64,000 nucleotides of DNA. It comes from Promethearchaeota archaeon (lineage in GTDB: Archaea > Asgardarchaeota > Lokiarchaeia > Sigyniarchaeales > SOKP01). The stretch's first letter is position 1, and each line of letters starts with the position of its first letter. The notes below the pieces were generated by a model. That model was not told the origin of the DNA, searched no databases, and saw only the letters and a program-made list of their open reading frames with translations. The stretch is taken from NCBI GenBank assembly GCA_011364925.1, contig RDOA01000001.1, positions 29,997 to 93,996 on the forward strand. Reading direction: 5' to 3'. Shown here in pieces: positions 50,083 through 60,017 of the stretch. The translations under genes and the position numbers were made by a program.

Positions 50083-53025
50083 TTAATTCTTCTTATTAAA
50101 CGGTACCTCGTCTTTATATTGAGGATCATAAAGATGGCAAGCCACGAAATACTCTGGTTCAACTTCTATGCTTTTCGGTATTATAGAATTACATGGTTTA
50201 AAGCGATATTGACAACGAGGGTGAAATCGACATCCTGAGGGGGGATATATTAGATTTGGCACGAGTCCAGGGATAACTTCAAGTTCCTCTTTCTTTTTTC
50301 CTATAACAGGTATCGACGCAATAAGACCCTTTGTATACGGATGAGATGGGCTCTCGAAGATTCTATAAACATCTCCATATTCAACTATAAACCCACTATA
50401 CATAACTGCGACTCTATCACACATTTTTGATATGATTCCAAGATCATGCGTGATAAAAAGAATTGAGGTATTGTATTTTTGCTTAAGATTCTTCATTAAT
50501 TGAAGAATTTGATTCTGGATTGTTACATCCAATGCGGTTGTAGGCTCATCTGCGATTAATAATTTAGGACTACACGCAAGCGCCATAGCAACTTGAATTC
50601 TTTGGCGCATCCCCCCACTTAATTCGTGGGGATATAGGTTATAAACGCGTCCTGGGGCGGGAATGTTAAGGTCTCTTAGTAATTGCTCACTCAACTCTCG
50701 AGCAATACTGTATATACTTTCGTCGGGATGTTTCATTGCTTCGACGAGAAGTTCATTTTCCATGTGTAGGAGAAATACTTCCGAGATCTGTCTACCTACT
50801 TTAAAAACTGGATTTAGAGAATTAAGAGGGTCTTGAAATATCATCGTGATCTTGTTTCCGCGATAACTTAATATTTCCTTTTCAGATTTTTGGAGTAAAT
50901 TTTCACCTTCAAATATCACTCTTCCACTCTCAATTTTCCCGGGAGGTCGAACGACCTGAAGTATAGATAAAGCAGTAACTGATTTCCCACAACCTGTTTC
51001 TCCTACAAGGCCAAGAGTTTCCCCTTCATAAATTTTAAAAGAAACTCCTTCTACTGCGCGTACAACTCCTTCTTCACTGTAGAAATAAGTCGTTAGACCA
51101 TTCACATCCAAGATAACTTTTCTTTCTTCAATCTTTATAGGTTGAACTTGAGTTTCCGCCACTGAAGTTAATATTTTTTGGCTTTTTCTCATTTCTTCCT
51201 TGAAGTATTCTGGACGGAACTTAACTCTTAAAGAAACGGCAAAAGAAATGAGAAATATAAATATATCGATAATAAGATGCACACGTATGTCCTGAACATT
51301 AAAATGATAATTTGGTAAAATTCTTAGAAAGACACTTGACAAGATTTCAATAATAATTATACCTACGAAAAATGTGATAATTTCAACACTGAACACGAAA
51401 TTTAAGGAGCGTCTAAACTTTTTATTATAAAGCTTCATAACGATAACTGACCCAATAACGATGTCTATAGCTAGAATAAGAAGATCGTTTAGAAGATTAT
51501 TACCAAAGTTATAGACGAACAATAATTTAAGTGGTAAATTTATAATCAACCATAATGAATTAATAACAACTGCCTTTCTAAGAGAAGCGTCAAAATCTCT
51601 TTTACTTGAAAGCCATTTCGTAATATATACTCCTAATAGAAAAGTCGTAATCAAAAAAACTATTATAGAGAAAAAATCAGAACTGATGGTTTTGTAGATA
51701 CCTGTAAAAAAATAATAATAAATAAAGAAGAGCGGAACTACCCAGACCCAAAGTAGAACTATTCCACCAAAGTAACTGGAATCTCTAAGAAATTTTTTAG
51801 AGATCTGGTTCTCGCTAGGGATAAGTCTGTTAAAAATGAAATTAATGGAAATGTCGATAAGAATCATAAAAAAAGCAAACTGAACACTAAGAGTAAATAT
51901 ATCAAAAACAGGACTTAAGTTAGGTAATAATTGTAATAAATTAATGAATACAATGACCAAAACGACGATCCACAGAAGTCCTACGATGATATACTTGTAT
52001 ATCTTTCTGTTTCTTCTTGTCGGATGAGCGTTTTCGTCTAAAAAACGAAATTTTCTAAGTTTTTTCAATATAAAGAAGTAAATATTATTAGAAACACTTT
52101 CTGCAAGATAAACAATATTTTCTTGCTCGTTATAACTAACATCAAGATCTTGAGCGCCTACTACAGAATCCTTTTCTTTAAATTGCTGAATTTGTAACGA
52201 TTTGTCGTTCTCTTTCATTACCGCTTCTAGAATCTTTTTCTTACTTCTTATAGCTGCTTCTGGTAAAAATTTAGTTCGTAATAGATTGAAATAACTCACA
52301 ATAAATACACCCAAGATAATTACAATTATCACACGAAGGTCTTGTTTTATAATAGTTAATCCGAAGAGGCGAGATAAATACATTTCAAAAATTATAAATT
52401 GAACGAACCAGATCCCAAACGAGATGATTCCACTTGCGATCAATGAATTTCTAAGTTCAATGTTTGGAATTTGTTTCTCAATAGGTTTAGCTTTGTTAAT
52501 TAAATAGGTTAGTACTATAAGAAGAAGGACGGTTAAAAAAGCCGTGAAAACCCCAATATATAACATATCGTAATTCGCATACTTTATATCCCATACCAAG
52601 TGAAGTCCTAATATCTCAAACGAGAGAAATACTGCTGCTATACTCCAAACTACACCATCTATTATTAAGAATTTTTTTTTGTGTCTTTTAAATAATAGAT
52701 CGCCATCTTTGGAAGAAAATGATTTGTTAAATATTCTAAAAAAGGCTTTGTATAGGGGAAAATATATGGTTATTACTATTGCAAAAAAGAGATAATAGTT
52801 ATTCAAATATCCAATTATCGGATAATAATATTCTATACTTTCAATAACAGCTCCGATGCCGTATATAGTGCCAAAGACTATTATTAAGCTTAAAACTAAG
52901 CTTTTTGTATTTGTTAGTATCCTTTTATCCTTTGGGAGTAGTTTATTTATTAAACTAATAATCAAGCTTAATATTAACAAAATGACAACATCTTCAACCA
53001 GAAGAAATCGATAATTAAAAGCCAT
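50083..53025 (-). CDS. dppD: DppD-type ABC ATPase fused to a ~635-aa internally repeated membrane domain, copy 2
   Basis: ATPase begins near residue 637 (VILDVNGLTTYF; GETGCGKS; LSGGMRQR); the upstream part is a long hydrophobic region. Confidence 0.9.
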   Translation of the reverse strand: MAFNYRFLLVEDVVILLILSLIISLINKLLPKDKRILTNTKSLVLSLIIVFGTIYGIGAVIESIEYYYPIIGYLNNYYLFFAIVITIYFPLYKAFFRIFNKSFSSKDGDLLFKRHKKKFLIIDGVVWSIAAVFLSFEILGLHLVWDIKYANYDMLYIGVFTAFLTVLLLIVLTYLINKAKPIEKQIPNIELRNSLIASGIISFGIWFVQFIIFEMYLSRLFGLTIIKQDLRVIIVIILGVFIVSYFNLLRTKFLPEAAIRSKKKILEAVMKENDKSLQIQQFKEKDSVVGAQDLDVSYNEQENIVYLAESVSNNIYFFILKKLRKFRFLDENAHPTRRNRKIYKYIIVGLLWIVVLVIVFINLLQLLPNLSPVFDIFTLSVQFAFFMILIDISINFIFNRLIPSENQISKKFLRDSSYFGGIVLLWVWVVPLFFIYYYFFTGIYKTISSDFFSIIVFLITTFLLGVYITKWLSSKRDFDASLRKAVVINSLWLIINLPLKLLFVYNFGNNLLNDLLILAIDIVIGSVIVMKLYNKKFRRSLNFVFSVEIITFFVGIIIIEILSSVFLRILPNYHFNVQDIRVHLIIDIFIFLISFAVSLRVKFRPEYFKEEMRKSQKILTSVAETQVQPIKIEERKVILDVNGLTTYFYSEEGVVRAVEGVSFKIYEGETLGLVGETGCGKSVTALSILQVVRPPGKIESGRVIFEGENLLQKSEKEILSYRGNKITMIFQDPLNSLNPVFKVGRQISEVFLLHMENELLVEAMKHPDESIYSIARELSEQLLRDLNIPAPGRVYNLYPHELSGGMRQRIQVAMALACSPKLLIADEPTTALDVTIQNQILQLMKNLKQKYNTSILFITHDLGIISKMCDRVAVMYSGFIVEYGDVYRIFESPSHPYTKGLIASIPVIGKKKEELEVIPGLVPNLIYPPSGCRFHPRCQYRFKPCNSIIPKSIEVEPEYFVACHLYDPQYKDEVPFNKKN

Positions 53026-53058
53026 AGAATTAATCCTTTTTTAACGTATTTTTATTTT

Positions 53059-54054
53059 TTATATATGTAATCGTGGATCTAATGCATCTCTCAATCCATC
53101 ACCAATTAGTATACATCCAATTGCGGTAATTCCTATGAACAATCCAGGCCAAAGAGATGCTCCTGGAGTATTGAAATGACCTTGAGCATACATGATATCT
53201 GCTCCCCAATTAGCTACTCGTGGGTCCCCCAAGCCTATAAAAGCAAGACCTGCTAGACCTATTACAGTAATACCCATTGCTCCAAAAAAGGATATAATAA
53301 TGGGAGAAATTGTATTTGGAAAAATATGTTTAAACATTACCCTAAATTTATCTCCACCACTACTTATTGCAGCTCTAACATAATCGTTTTGTTTTACTTG
53401 TAAAACTAAAGATCGCATAAATCTAATGTTAAAAGGTATAAAAAGAACGCCATAAATTCCAAGAACGCTATACAAATTTTTTCCAACCAAAGGAGCAAGA
53501 ACTATAACAATTATCAACATTGGTAAACTTAGGAATATATCACAGACACGCATAATGATAGTATCAACCCAACCTCCAAAATATCCCGAAATTGTTCCAA
53601 ATAAAATTCCTCCACCTATAGAAATTGCAACTGGGAACACTGCTGCTTGTAAAGTTGTCCTAGCTCCCCAGAGCAATCTCCCAAGAATATCCCATCCATA
53701 TTGCGTCGTACCTAACGGGTGTTCTGGTGATGGCGGTTGAAACGCTGCTTCTCCGGGATAAAGCGGTGGAGTTACATTCTCTAAAGTAAGTTCAGTAAGC
53801 CAGGGAGCATAAACGGCTATAAACGCTACAATTAAAACCATCAAAAAACCAACCAATGTTAATGGTGTAAGAAGTCGACGGAATAGTCTCCTCTTTGATT
53901 TTATTTTTTCAATCTGATATTCTCGAGCAGAAAACTCAGGATTTCGCCAACCAGGCATTAAATAAAATTTGATTAGATTTTTTGTGCTACTCTTCTTTCT
54001 TGAAAATTCTTCAATTTTTTCTTCTTCGCTATAAACTTGCATTATCCATATCAC
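53059..54054 (-). CDS. dppC: ABC permease DppC, copy 2
   Basis: HPLGTTQYGWDILGRLLWGAR, KHIFPN, GDGLRDALDPR. Confidence 0.92.
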   Translation of the reverse strand: MIWIMQVYSEEEKIEEFSRKKSSTKNLIKFYLMPGWRNPEFSAREYQIEKIKSKRRLFRRLLTPLTLVGFLMVLIVAFIAVYAPWLTELTLENVTPPLYPGEAAFQPPSPEHPLGTTQYGWDILGRLLWGARTTLQAAVFPVAISIGGGILFGTISGYFGGWVDTIIMRVCDIFLSLPMLIIVIVLAPLVGKNLYSVLGIYGVLFIPFNIRFMRSLVLQVKQNDYVRAAISSGGDKFRVMFKHIFPNTISPIIISFFGAMGITVIGLAGLAFIGLGDPRVANWGADIMYAQGHFNTPGASLWPGLFIGITAIGCILIGDGLRDALDPRLHI

Positions 54055-54067
54055 GCTCTATAAATCA

Positions 54068-55138
54068 TTAATTATAAGTTATCCTCGGATCGATAATTGT
54101 ATATATAACATCAGTAGCTAATGTTCCTCCAATTATAATTAAACACGAACATACTAAAAATCCATTAATAACTAAATAATCACCTAAAAATACAGCCCGA
54201 ACAAAGTAATATCCAAATCCTAAATACTGAAAAGTTGCTTCTAAGAAAATAGATCCTAAAAGTGAAGTTGTTATCGTGGTTATTATGAGATTACTTGAAG
54301 GAATTAAAGCATTCCGTAGAGCGTGAGAGTTGACGATCCTTTTTTCCGGAACTCCCTTAGCTCGCGCTGTCCGAATATAATCCTGATCCATAACATCTAG
54401 CATACTAGATCGAGTTTGTCTGGTGATACCGGCCAAAGAAGCGAAAGATATGCAAATTACTGGAATAAGTAAATGGAGGACGGTATCAAAAAAGAATCTT
54501 GGGTCGTTATTTAAAATAGAATCAATAAGGCGAAATCCAGTATAATATTCACCGTTTAATTCAAGTCCAGATGTATTCGAAAACATAATCGGGATTTGAA
54601 TTTCATTATATGTAAATCCTTTTAGAAAATCGCCAAAAAATAGTTGCAAGAGGTTACCAATAAAAAATATTGGAAATCCAGCACCTAGAACAGCAAGAAA
54701 ACGAATAGAGGTATCTTTTAATTTATCCTTGTTCGTTGAGGACACAACACCAAGCTTAACAGCTAGGATAGGTACTATAATTATCGGAACTATCATTAAT
54801 TCAAGCGTTTTAGGAAAAACCAAACTGAAAACATCGACTACAGGGGTACCTCGCATAATAATATAGGAATCACCCCAGTTTCCCGTGAAAAAATTTTGAA
54901 GATAAATAACTAACTGAACAAATACTGGTTTGTCATATCCCATTCTTCTCTCCTCCTCTTCAATCATTCTCTGGATTTGTTCAACATTTTCACCTACTGC
55001 ATTCCGTACTATGACGGGGAACACGTTCATGGATTTTGATAAAAGAAAAGTGAGTATTAAAACTATGAGTAATATTGGAACCATCATAAATATACGCTTG
55101 ACAATATATTTAATCATATTCTGAGATTGACGAGCCAT
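54068..55138 (-). CDS. dppB: ABC permease DppB, copy 2
   Basis: YIVKRIF, GNWGDS, RSSMLDVMDQDYIRTARAKG, DPRI. Confidence 0.92.
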   Translation of the reverse strand: MARQSQNMIKYIVKRIFMMVPILLIVLILTFLLSKSMNVFPVIVRNAVGENVEQIQRMIEEEERRMGYDKPVFVQLVIYLQNFFTGNWGDSYIIMRGTPVVDVFSLVFPKTLELMIVPIIIVPILAVKLGVVSSTNKDKLKDTSIRFLAVLGAGFPIFFIGNLLQLFFGDFLKGFTYNEIQIPIMFSNTSGLELNGEYYTGFRLIDSILNNDPRFFFDTVLHLLIPVICISFASLAGITRQTRSSMLDVMDQDYIRTARAKGVPEKRIVNSHALRNALIPSSNLIITTITTSLLGSIFLEATFQYLGFGYYFVRAVFLGDYLVINGFLVCSCLIIIGGTLATDVIYTIIDPRITYN

Positions 55139-55178
55139 ACTTTCTTCCTTCTCAAATTATATATTTACTTTTATCCAT

Positions 55179-55715
55179 TTATTTCGAATATTTTTCTTTT
55201 TTTCGTTCTACTGATTGTTTTAATTTCATACCTAATAAAGAACCACTTAGAGTTAATCCGATTAAGATTAAAATGTTAAGATATCCCTCGATATGAGCAA
55301 ATTGCAAAACAAAGGGCTCCAAACTGAACCCAAACATAACAAAATAAAATATAAACCCTTCCACGATTATAGTAGGAATTAACCAAATCGATGCTCTAAT
55401 TCCATAATGAGGAATGTCTTCCTTGTAGGTCAATATAAAACACACGATAAATACTAAAATTGCTCCTAGAAAAAAACTACGAATATAAGCAGTATAAGTC
55501 CATATTAAAATTGTCCTATTCATATCTAAAAAAGAAATCCAATTGCCATTCTCGTCTATAAGCATAGTATTTGCGATAATTCCATAGTATCCTAAAAGTA
55601 TTATTACATAACCTAATATAACGCCTCCTTGCCTACCCCAATTAACTTTAAAATGAGCAGGAAAATCCGTCTTATCTTGAAGTTCTTCTTCTTGAACCCT
55701 AATAGGTTTATTAAT
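55179..55715 (-). CDS. Conserved ~4-TM membrane protein leading the dpp-like operon, copy 2; probable ATT start at 55715 (first ATG at 55565)
   Basis: In-frame upstream translation INKPIRVQEEELQDKTDFPAHFKVNWGRQGGVILGYVIILLGYYGII aligns with the N-terminus of 29684-30223. Confidence 0.78.
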   Translation of the reverse strand: MNKPIRVQEEELQDKTDFPAHFKVNWGRQGGVILGYVIILLGYYGIIANTMLIDENGNWISFLDMNRTILIWTYTAYIRSFFLGAILVFIVCFILTYKEDIPHYGIRASIWLIPTIIVEGFIFYFVMFGFSLEPFVLQFAHIEGYLNILILIGLTLSGSLLGMKLKQSVERKKEKYSK

Positions 55716-55936
55716 TATTGCTCACTCAGTTTGGTTTAAACTCTATGATTCTATATTATTTTTTATCTTTATAAATGTTTGATTTGTAAATGTTTAATGT
55801 ATATTTAAACTTTTTTTTGTTTAGTTCATTGTACTATCAAATATGTATGAATAAAATGTTGATGGAAACAAATCTATGTTGTATTCAAATCGTTCTTGTT
55901 AAGCATTAAATAAATTAAAAAAAATTTAAAGCGATT

Positions 55937-57214
55937 TTAGGCATCAAGATTTTCAATTATAGTTGCCACACCTTGTCCACCACCACAACAAGCATTAGCA
56001 ACACCATATTTTGCTTTATTGTCCTTTAGGATACGTGCTAAAGTGCCAGTAAGGCGAACCATTGTTGATGCTAGAGGGTGCCCGATAGCAGTTGATCCCC
56101 CCATTACGTTTACCTTCTCTTCTGGAATTTTAAACTTATCCATACAATTCAACGTAACGATGCAAAATGCCTCGTTAATCTCCCAAAAGTCGATATCTTC
56201 CGCTTTAAGATTAGCATATTCTAAAGCTTTACGCGTTGCGGGTACTGGACCTCTCCCCATGGTATGAGGATCTACACCTGCCCACCCTATAGAAACAATT
56301 CGTGCCATTGGTTCAAGTCCCCTTCTCTTAGCTTCTTCAGCTTCCATTAAAACTGCCGCAGTTGCTCCAGCGTTTAAAGGAGAAGAATTAGCAGCAGTTA
56401 TGACCCCTTCATCTGTCCCTTCTCTTTTAATATATCCTTCTTTTCCGCCATTTTTTTCTAAGAAAAATGGTTTGGTCAAACGAGGTAATTTTGATACTGT
56501 TTCTAATGTGGACTTTCTAGGGTTGATGTCCTTATCAACTATCATTTTCTCCTCTACGTTACCGGGTACATGACCTTCAATTGGAACTATTTCACCTTTA
56601 AACCACCCAGATTCTTGGTTTTCAATAGTTAGGTTATGGCTTCTCACTCCAAATTTGTCGAGATCTTCTTTCGTAAAGGTTGGGATTTCTTCTTCGTATA
56701 ATAGTTGAGCAGTATTTAGCATATTGAAAACATTAGCTAAATTCATCTCTGGTCGATAATATATGCTATTTTTATAAGCAACTTTTATATTGGGATCCGC
56801 ACCCTTTCCATATACTCTTGTCATATGTTCAAATCCAGTAGATAGAACAGTTTTACTGTTGCCTGTCATGATCTCCATGATTCCTACGTGCATCCCTGAG
56901 CCTGCTGACCCACATTGCCTATCAATGGAAAACGCGGGAACGCTATATGGGAACCCTGCCATAAAGAGGGGAATACGGCCTCCGTAAGTCCAATTTTCTA
57001 GTACTCCCGCAGCACATCCTACAGAGAACTCGTCGATGTCTTTTCTTTCGATTCCTTTATCTGCTAATCTTTTATCAAACATGTGCAACAAAAGCTGGGC
57101 TAATAGTTCATCTCCTCTAATTTCACCAAATACATCACTTTCAGGTTGATTTGGTCGAGATCGTGAGAATGCGGTGCGTGTGTAATCAATTAACCATACA
57201 TCTTTATTTTTCAC
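55937..57214 (-). CDS. Acetyl-CoA C-acyltransferase (thiolase), copy 2
   Basis: DRQCGS, EINEAF, GHPLAST, ACCGGGQG; close paralog of 25774-27054. Confidence 0.93.
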   Translation of the reverse strand: MKNKDVWLIDYTRTAFSRSRPNQPESDVFGEIRGDELLAQLLLHMFDKRLADKGIERKDIDEFSVGCAAGVLENWTYGGRIPLFMAGFPYSVPAFSIDRQCGSAGSGMHVGIMEIMTGNSKTVLSTGFEHMTRVYGKGADPNIKVAYKNSIYYRPEMNLANVFNMLNTAQLLYEEEIPTFTKEDLDKFGVRSHNLTIENQESGWFKGEIVPIEGHVPGNVEEKMIVDKDINPRKSTLETVSKLPRLTKPFFLEKNGGKEGYIKREGTDEGVITAANSSPLNAGATAAVLMEAEEAKRRGLEPMARIVSIGWAGVDPHTMGRGPVPATRKALEYANLKAEDIDFWEINEAFCIVTLNCMDKFKIPEEKVNVMGGSTAIGHPLASTMVRLTGTLARILKDNKAKYGVANACCGGGQGVATIIENLDA

Positions 57215-57370
57215 TTCTAATCTTCACCAGTAATATATTTAAATCTACATTGTATATTATTTCTTTTAAATTTTGCCTAGGTTATATATGTGAAAATTCA
57301 CTATTTAGTAGCATAAAAGCTAGTATTTCATTAGAAGTGCTATTTTTAAAAAACATTTTTAATGAGTGCT

Positions 57371-57384
57371 GTCTATTTATTGCA
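57371..57384 (-). promoter_or_regulatory. Candidate operator TGCAATAAATAGAC in the thiolase/3-hydroxyacyl-CoA dehydrogenase divergent promoter
   Basis: Exact 14-bp match to 42780-42793; here embedded in TGC-N12-GCA. Confidence 0.45.
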
Positions 57385-57416
57385 CATCATTAAAACTTAA
57401 AACAGAGTGATAAAAA

Positions 57417-58589
57417 GTGGAAGTAAAAAAGATTGTAATGCTTGGATTTGGGGATATGGGAAAGGGCATTGCCCAAGTATGTTTAATGGCAGGCTATAAC
57501 GTTACCGCGGTGGATGTGATTGATAAGATCATCCAACAGGGGTTAGAGTACAATAAGACTGGTTTTGAGAAGTTAGAAGAGAAAGGTAAATTACCTAAAG
57601 GTGTAACAGCAGCAACGATGATGGAAAGATTACAAGTGAATAAAAACTTAAGCGATGCGGTAAAAGACGCTGATCTTCTTATAGAAGCGGTATCAGAGAA
57701 ACCCGATCTCAAACAGCAATTATGTAGAGAGGTAATCGATAATTCACCCGAGCATTGTATATTTGCTTCGAATACATCTTCTATTAGCATAACAGAAATT
57801 GCTCAAGGTTGCGATAAACCGGAAAATGTTGTTGGAATGCATTTCTTTAATCCTGCTCCTTTGATGCGCTTGACAGAAGTGATAAAAGGAGATAAAACTT
57901 CAGAAGATACGATGGAAACTGTTGTGAAAGTCGCTAAGACCTTGCCTTGTCTTAGAGGAGAGAGATTCGTTGCGCAAGTTTTAAAAGATCGCCCTGGATT
58001 TATTGTAAATAGGGTTTTAGCACCCAATGCTATTTACACTAATTACATTGTGGATTTAGCACATGAGAAGGGAATACCGTGGGAACAGGTTGATGCTGAT
58101 TTATCTAATCCGAATGCTCCAATGTCATCGTTAACCTTAGCCGATTTTACTGGTAGAGATATAGCATATAACGCTGGTTTATATTATGCAGAGAAAATAT
58201 CAGCCGATTTCAAGCCTGGGAAAGTATTAACAATGCAATATAACGCTGGTACTTTAGGTAAAAAAACAGGAAAAGGATACTATGATTGGTCCAAAGGGAG
58301 ACCGCAGCCTGATTTATCTAAAAAAGCCGGATTAGTCGATCGTCGAGTTTTTGCGGCCATTTCTGCTAACGAAGGTTGTAGGATTTTAGAGGAAGGTGTC
58401 GTAAAGAGTTGGAAGGTTATAGATGAAGCGATTTTAGCGGGCATGAACTTTCCAGGCCCAATGCAGTATGCTACAACTAACTATAAAGAACTTAGCGATC
58501 TATTAGAAGAATACTCAGCGAAATTAGGAAAAAATTATTTAAAACCATGTGATTTACTCAAAACTGGAAAATTCGTAGAGATGCAATAA
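57417..58589 (+). CDS. 3-hydroxyacyl-CoA dehydrogenase
   Basis: GFGDMGKGIAQ, IEAVSE, SNTSS, GMHFFNP, PGFIVNR, LGKKTGKGYY. Confidence 0.93.
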   Translation: MEVKKIVMLGFGDMGKGIAQVCLMAGYNVTAVDVIDKIIQQGLEYNKTGFEKLEEKGKLPKGVTAATMMERLQVNKNLSDAVKDADLLIEAVSEKPDLKQQLCREVIDNSPEHCIFASNTSSISITEIAQGCDKPENVVGMHFFNPAPLMRLTEVIKGDKTSEDTMETVVKVAKTLPCLRGERFVAQVLKDRPGFIVNRVLAPNAIYTNYIVDLAHEKGIPWEQVDADLSNPNAPMSSLTLADFTGRDIAYNAGLYYAEKISADFKPGKVLTMQYNAGTLGKKTGKGYYDWSKGRPQPDLSKKAGLVDRRVFAAISANEGCRILEEGVVKSWKVIDEAILAGMNFPGPMQYATTNYKELSDLLEEYSAKLGKNYLKPCDLLKTGKFVEMQ

Positions 58590-58641
58590 AAATTAAAAAA
58601 AAATCAAAAAAATTTATTTTTAGTATTTTCTTCTTGGTTTT

Positions 58642-59478
58642 TTATTCACCAGTGAACTTGGGTTCTCGTTTCTGTAGAAATGCGGTAACGCCCTCAATTA
58701 CATCTTTAGATTGGGAATTAATACCATACCCTAAATACTCAAATTGAAGCCCTATATTCAAAGGTGTTTGAGATCCGTAATCAATAGCCTTTTTTATAAC
58801 AAAAAGACTCTTTGTTGGTGCATTCCCTAACCAAGAAGCTTTTTGGTAGATAAATTCTTCAAACTTATCGTCGTCTACAAGGAAAGAGATTACTCCCCAG
58901 TTATACATTTCCTCAGCTGAATAATGTTCGCCAAAAAAAATAACAGTTTTCGTTCTTATTTTTCCAAGATTTCTAATTAGCCTCTGCGTCCCTCCATTGA
59001 ATGGAGCGATTCCTCTCTTTATTTCAGGGAAGCCGAATGTAGATCGCTTCGACGCAATAATAATATCGCAGACTAACGCGAGTTCAAATCCTCCTCCTAA
59101 AGCGTATCCATCTACAGCTGCTATTAACGGTTTGGGAAATCTCTCGATGATGTCATAATATTTTTGTCGTACATACATTGCATTACTTTGGTCCATCAAG
59201 TTTTTAGGATCTAACTCTTGGTCACCACGGCTGGACAAATCTGCACCTGCAGAAAATGCGGGCTTTTTTGTATAATCTTTAGTCCCTCTTAGCACTACGC
59301 ACCTCACAGACTTCTTGAAAGCCATACTTTCTAGCGCATCAGCGATCTCTTTTAAAGTGATATTGTGTAAAGCGTTTAGTTTATCCGGTCTATTTATTGA
59401 GACGACTGCATAATTATTATCACTATCTAATTCGACTTTTATATGTTCAAATTGCTTTTCAGACATAATATTCCTCAC
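58642..59478 (-). CDS. Enoyl-CoA hydratase (crotonase)
   Basis: NRPDKLNAL, FSAGADL, GYALGGGFEL, FGFPE (both catalytic Glu present). Confidence 0.92.
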   Translation of the reverse strand: MRNIMSEKQFEHIKVELDSDNNYAVVSINRPDKLNALHNITLKEIADALESMAFKKSVRCVVLRGTKDYTKKPAFSAGADLSSRGDQELDPKNLMDQSNAMYVRQKYYDIIERFPKPLIAAVDGYALGGGFELALVCDIIIASKRSTFGFPEIKRGIAPFNGGTQRLIRNLGKIRTKTVIFFGEHYSAEEMYNWGVISFLVDDDKFEEFIYQKASWLGNAPTKSLFVIKKAIDYGSQTPLNIGLQFEYLGYGINSQSKDVIEGVTAFLQKREPKFTGE

Positions 59479-60017
59479 TTTATTATAGTAATAATCTTTT
59501 TAGTAATATATTAAATTAATAACATACAAAAATATTTTTTAATAAATATACAATATCTATTCGCACAAAGAACATCGAAAATTTATTGGGAAGAGAAGAA
59601 ACCAAGAAATTAAATTTGTTTTTAAAAAATATTGCAATGATAGTATTTTAGACTTTTTAAATAAGAGAAATTGAAGCTTTGAACCTAAATTTTCATCAAA
59701 TTTCTTTTAAAATGACCTTTAATTTAACAATTCGAAAAAAAATCAAGGCGAAAACCACACAAATCTACAGTGTCTATTAATTTAATATAACGCTTAAAAG
59801 TATCGATCTATCGTAAGTTCAATTATATTTAATTAAACACTCTAGTAAATTCTCAATTAAGAGATGTAGAATTCATTTTCTAATTTCTTATACATTCTTT
59901 CGTAGAACTATTTCACATTTGTCAAAATCTTTAAATAAAATAAAGATAAATTAGTATTTGAGATATTAATACTATTTAGATTCCTTAAAGAGATTATTTT
60001 ATTAAAAAAATTTTGTA

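Noticed and set aside
59479-60017. Long intergenic gap as ncRNA, CRISPR or a missed gene
   Set aside because: Very AT-rich, with no repeats, tRNA-like structure or credible ORF seen; consistent with a divergent promoter region.
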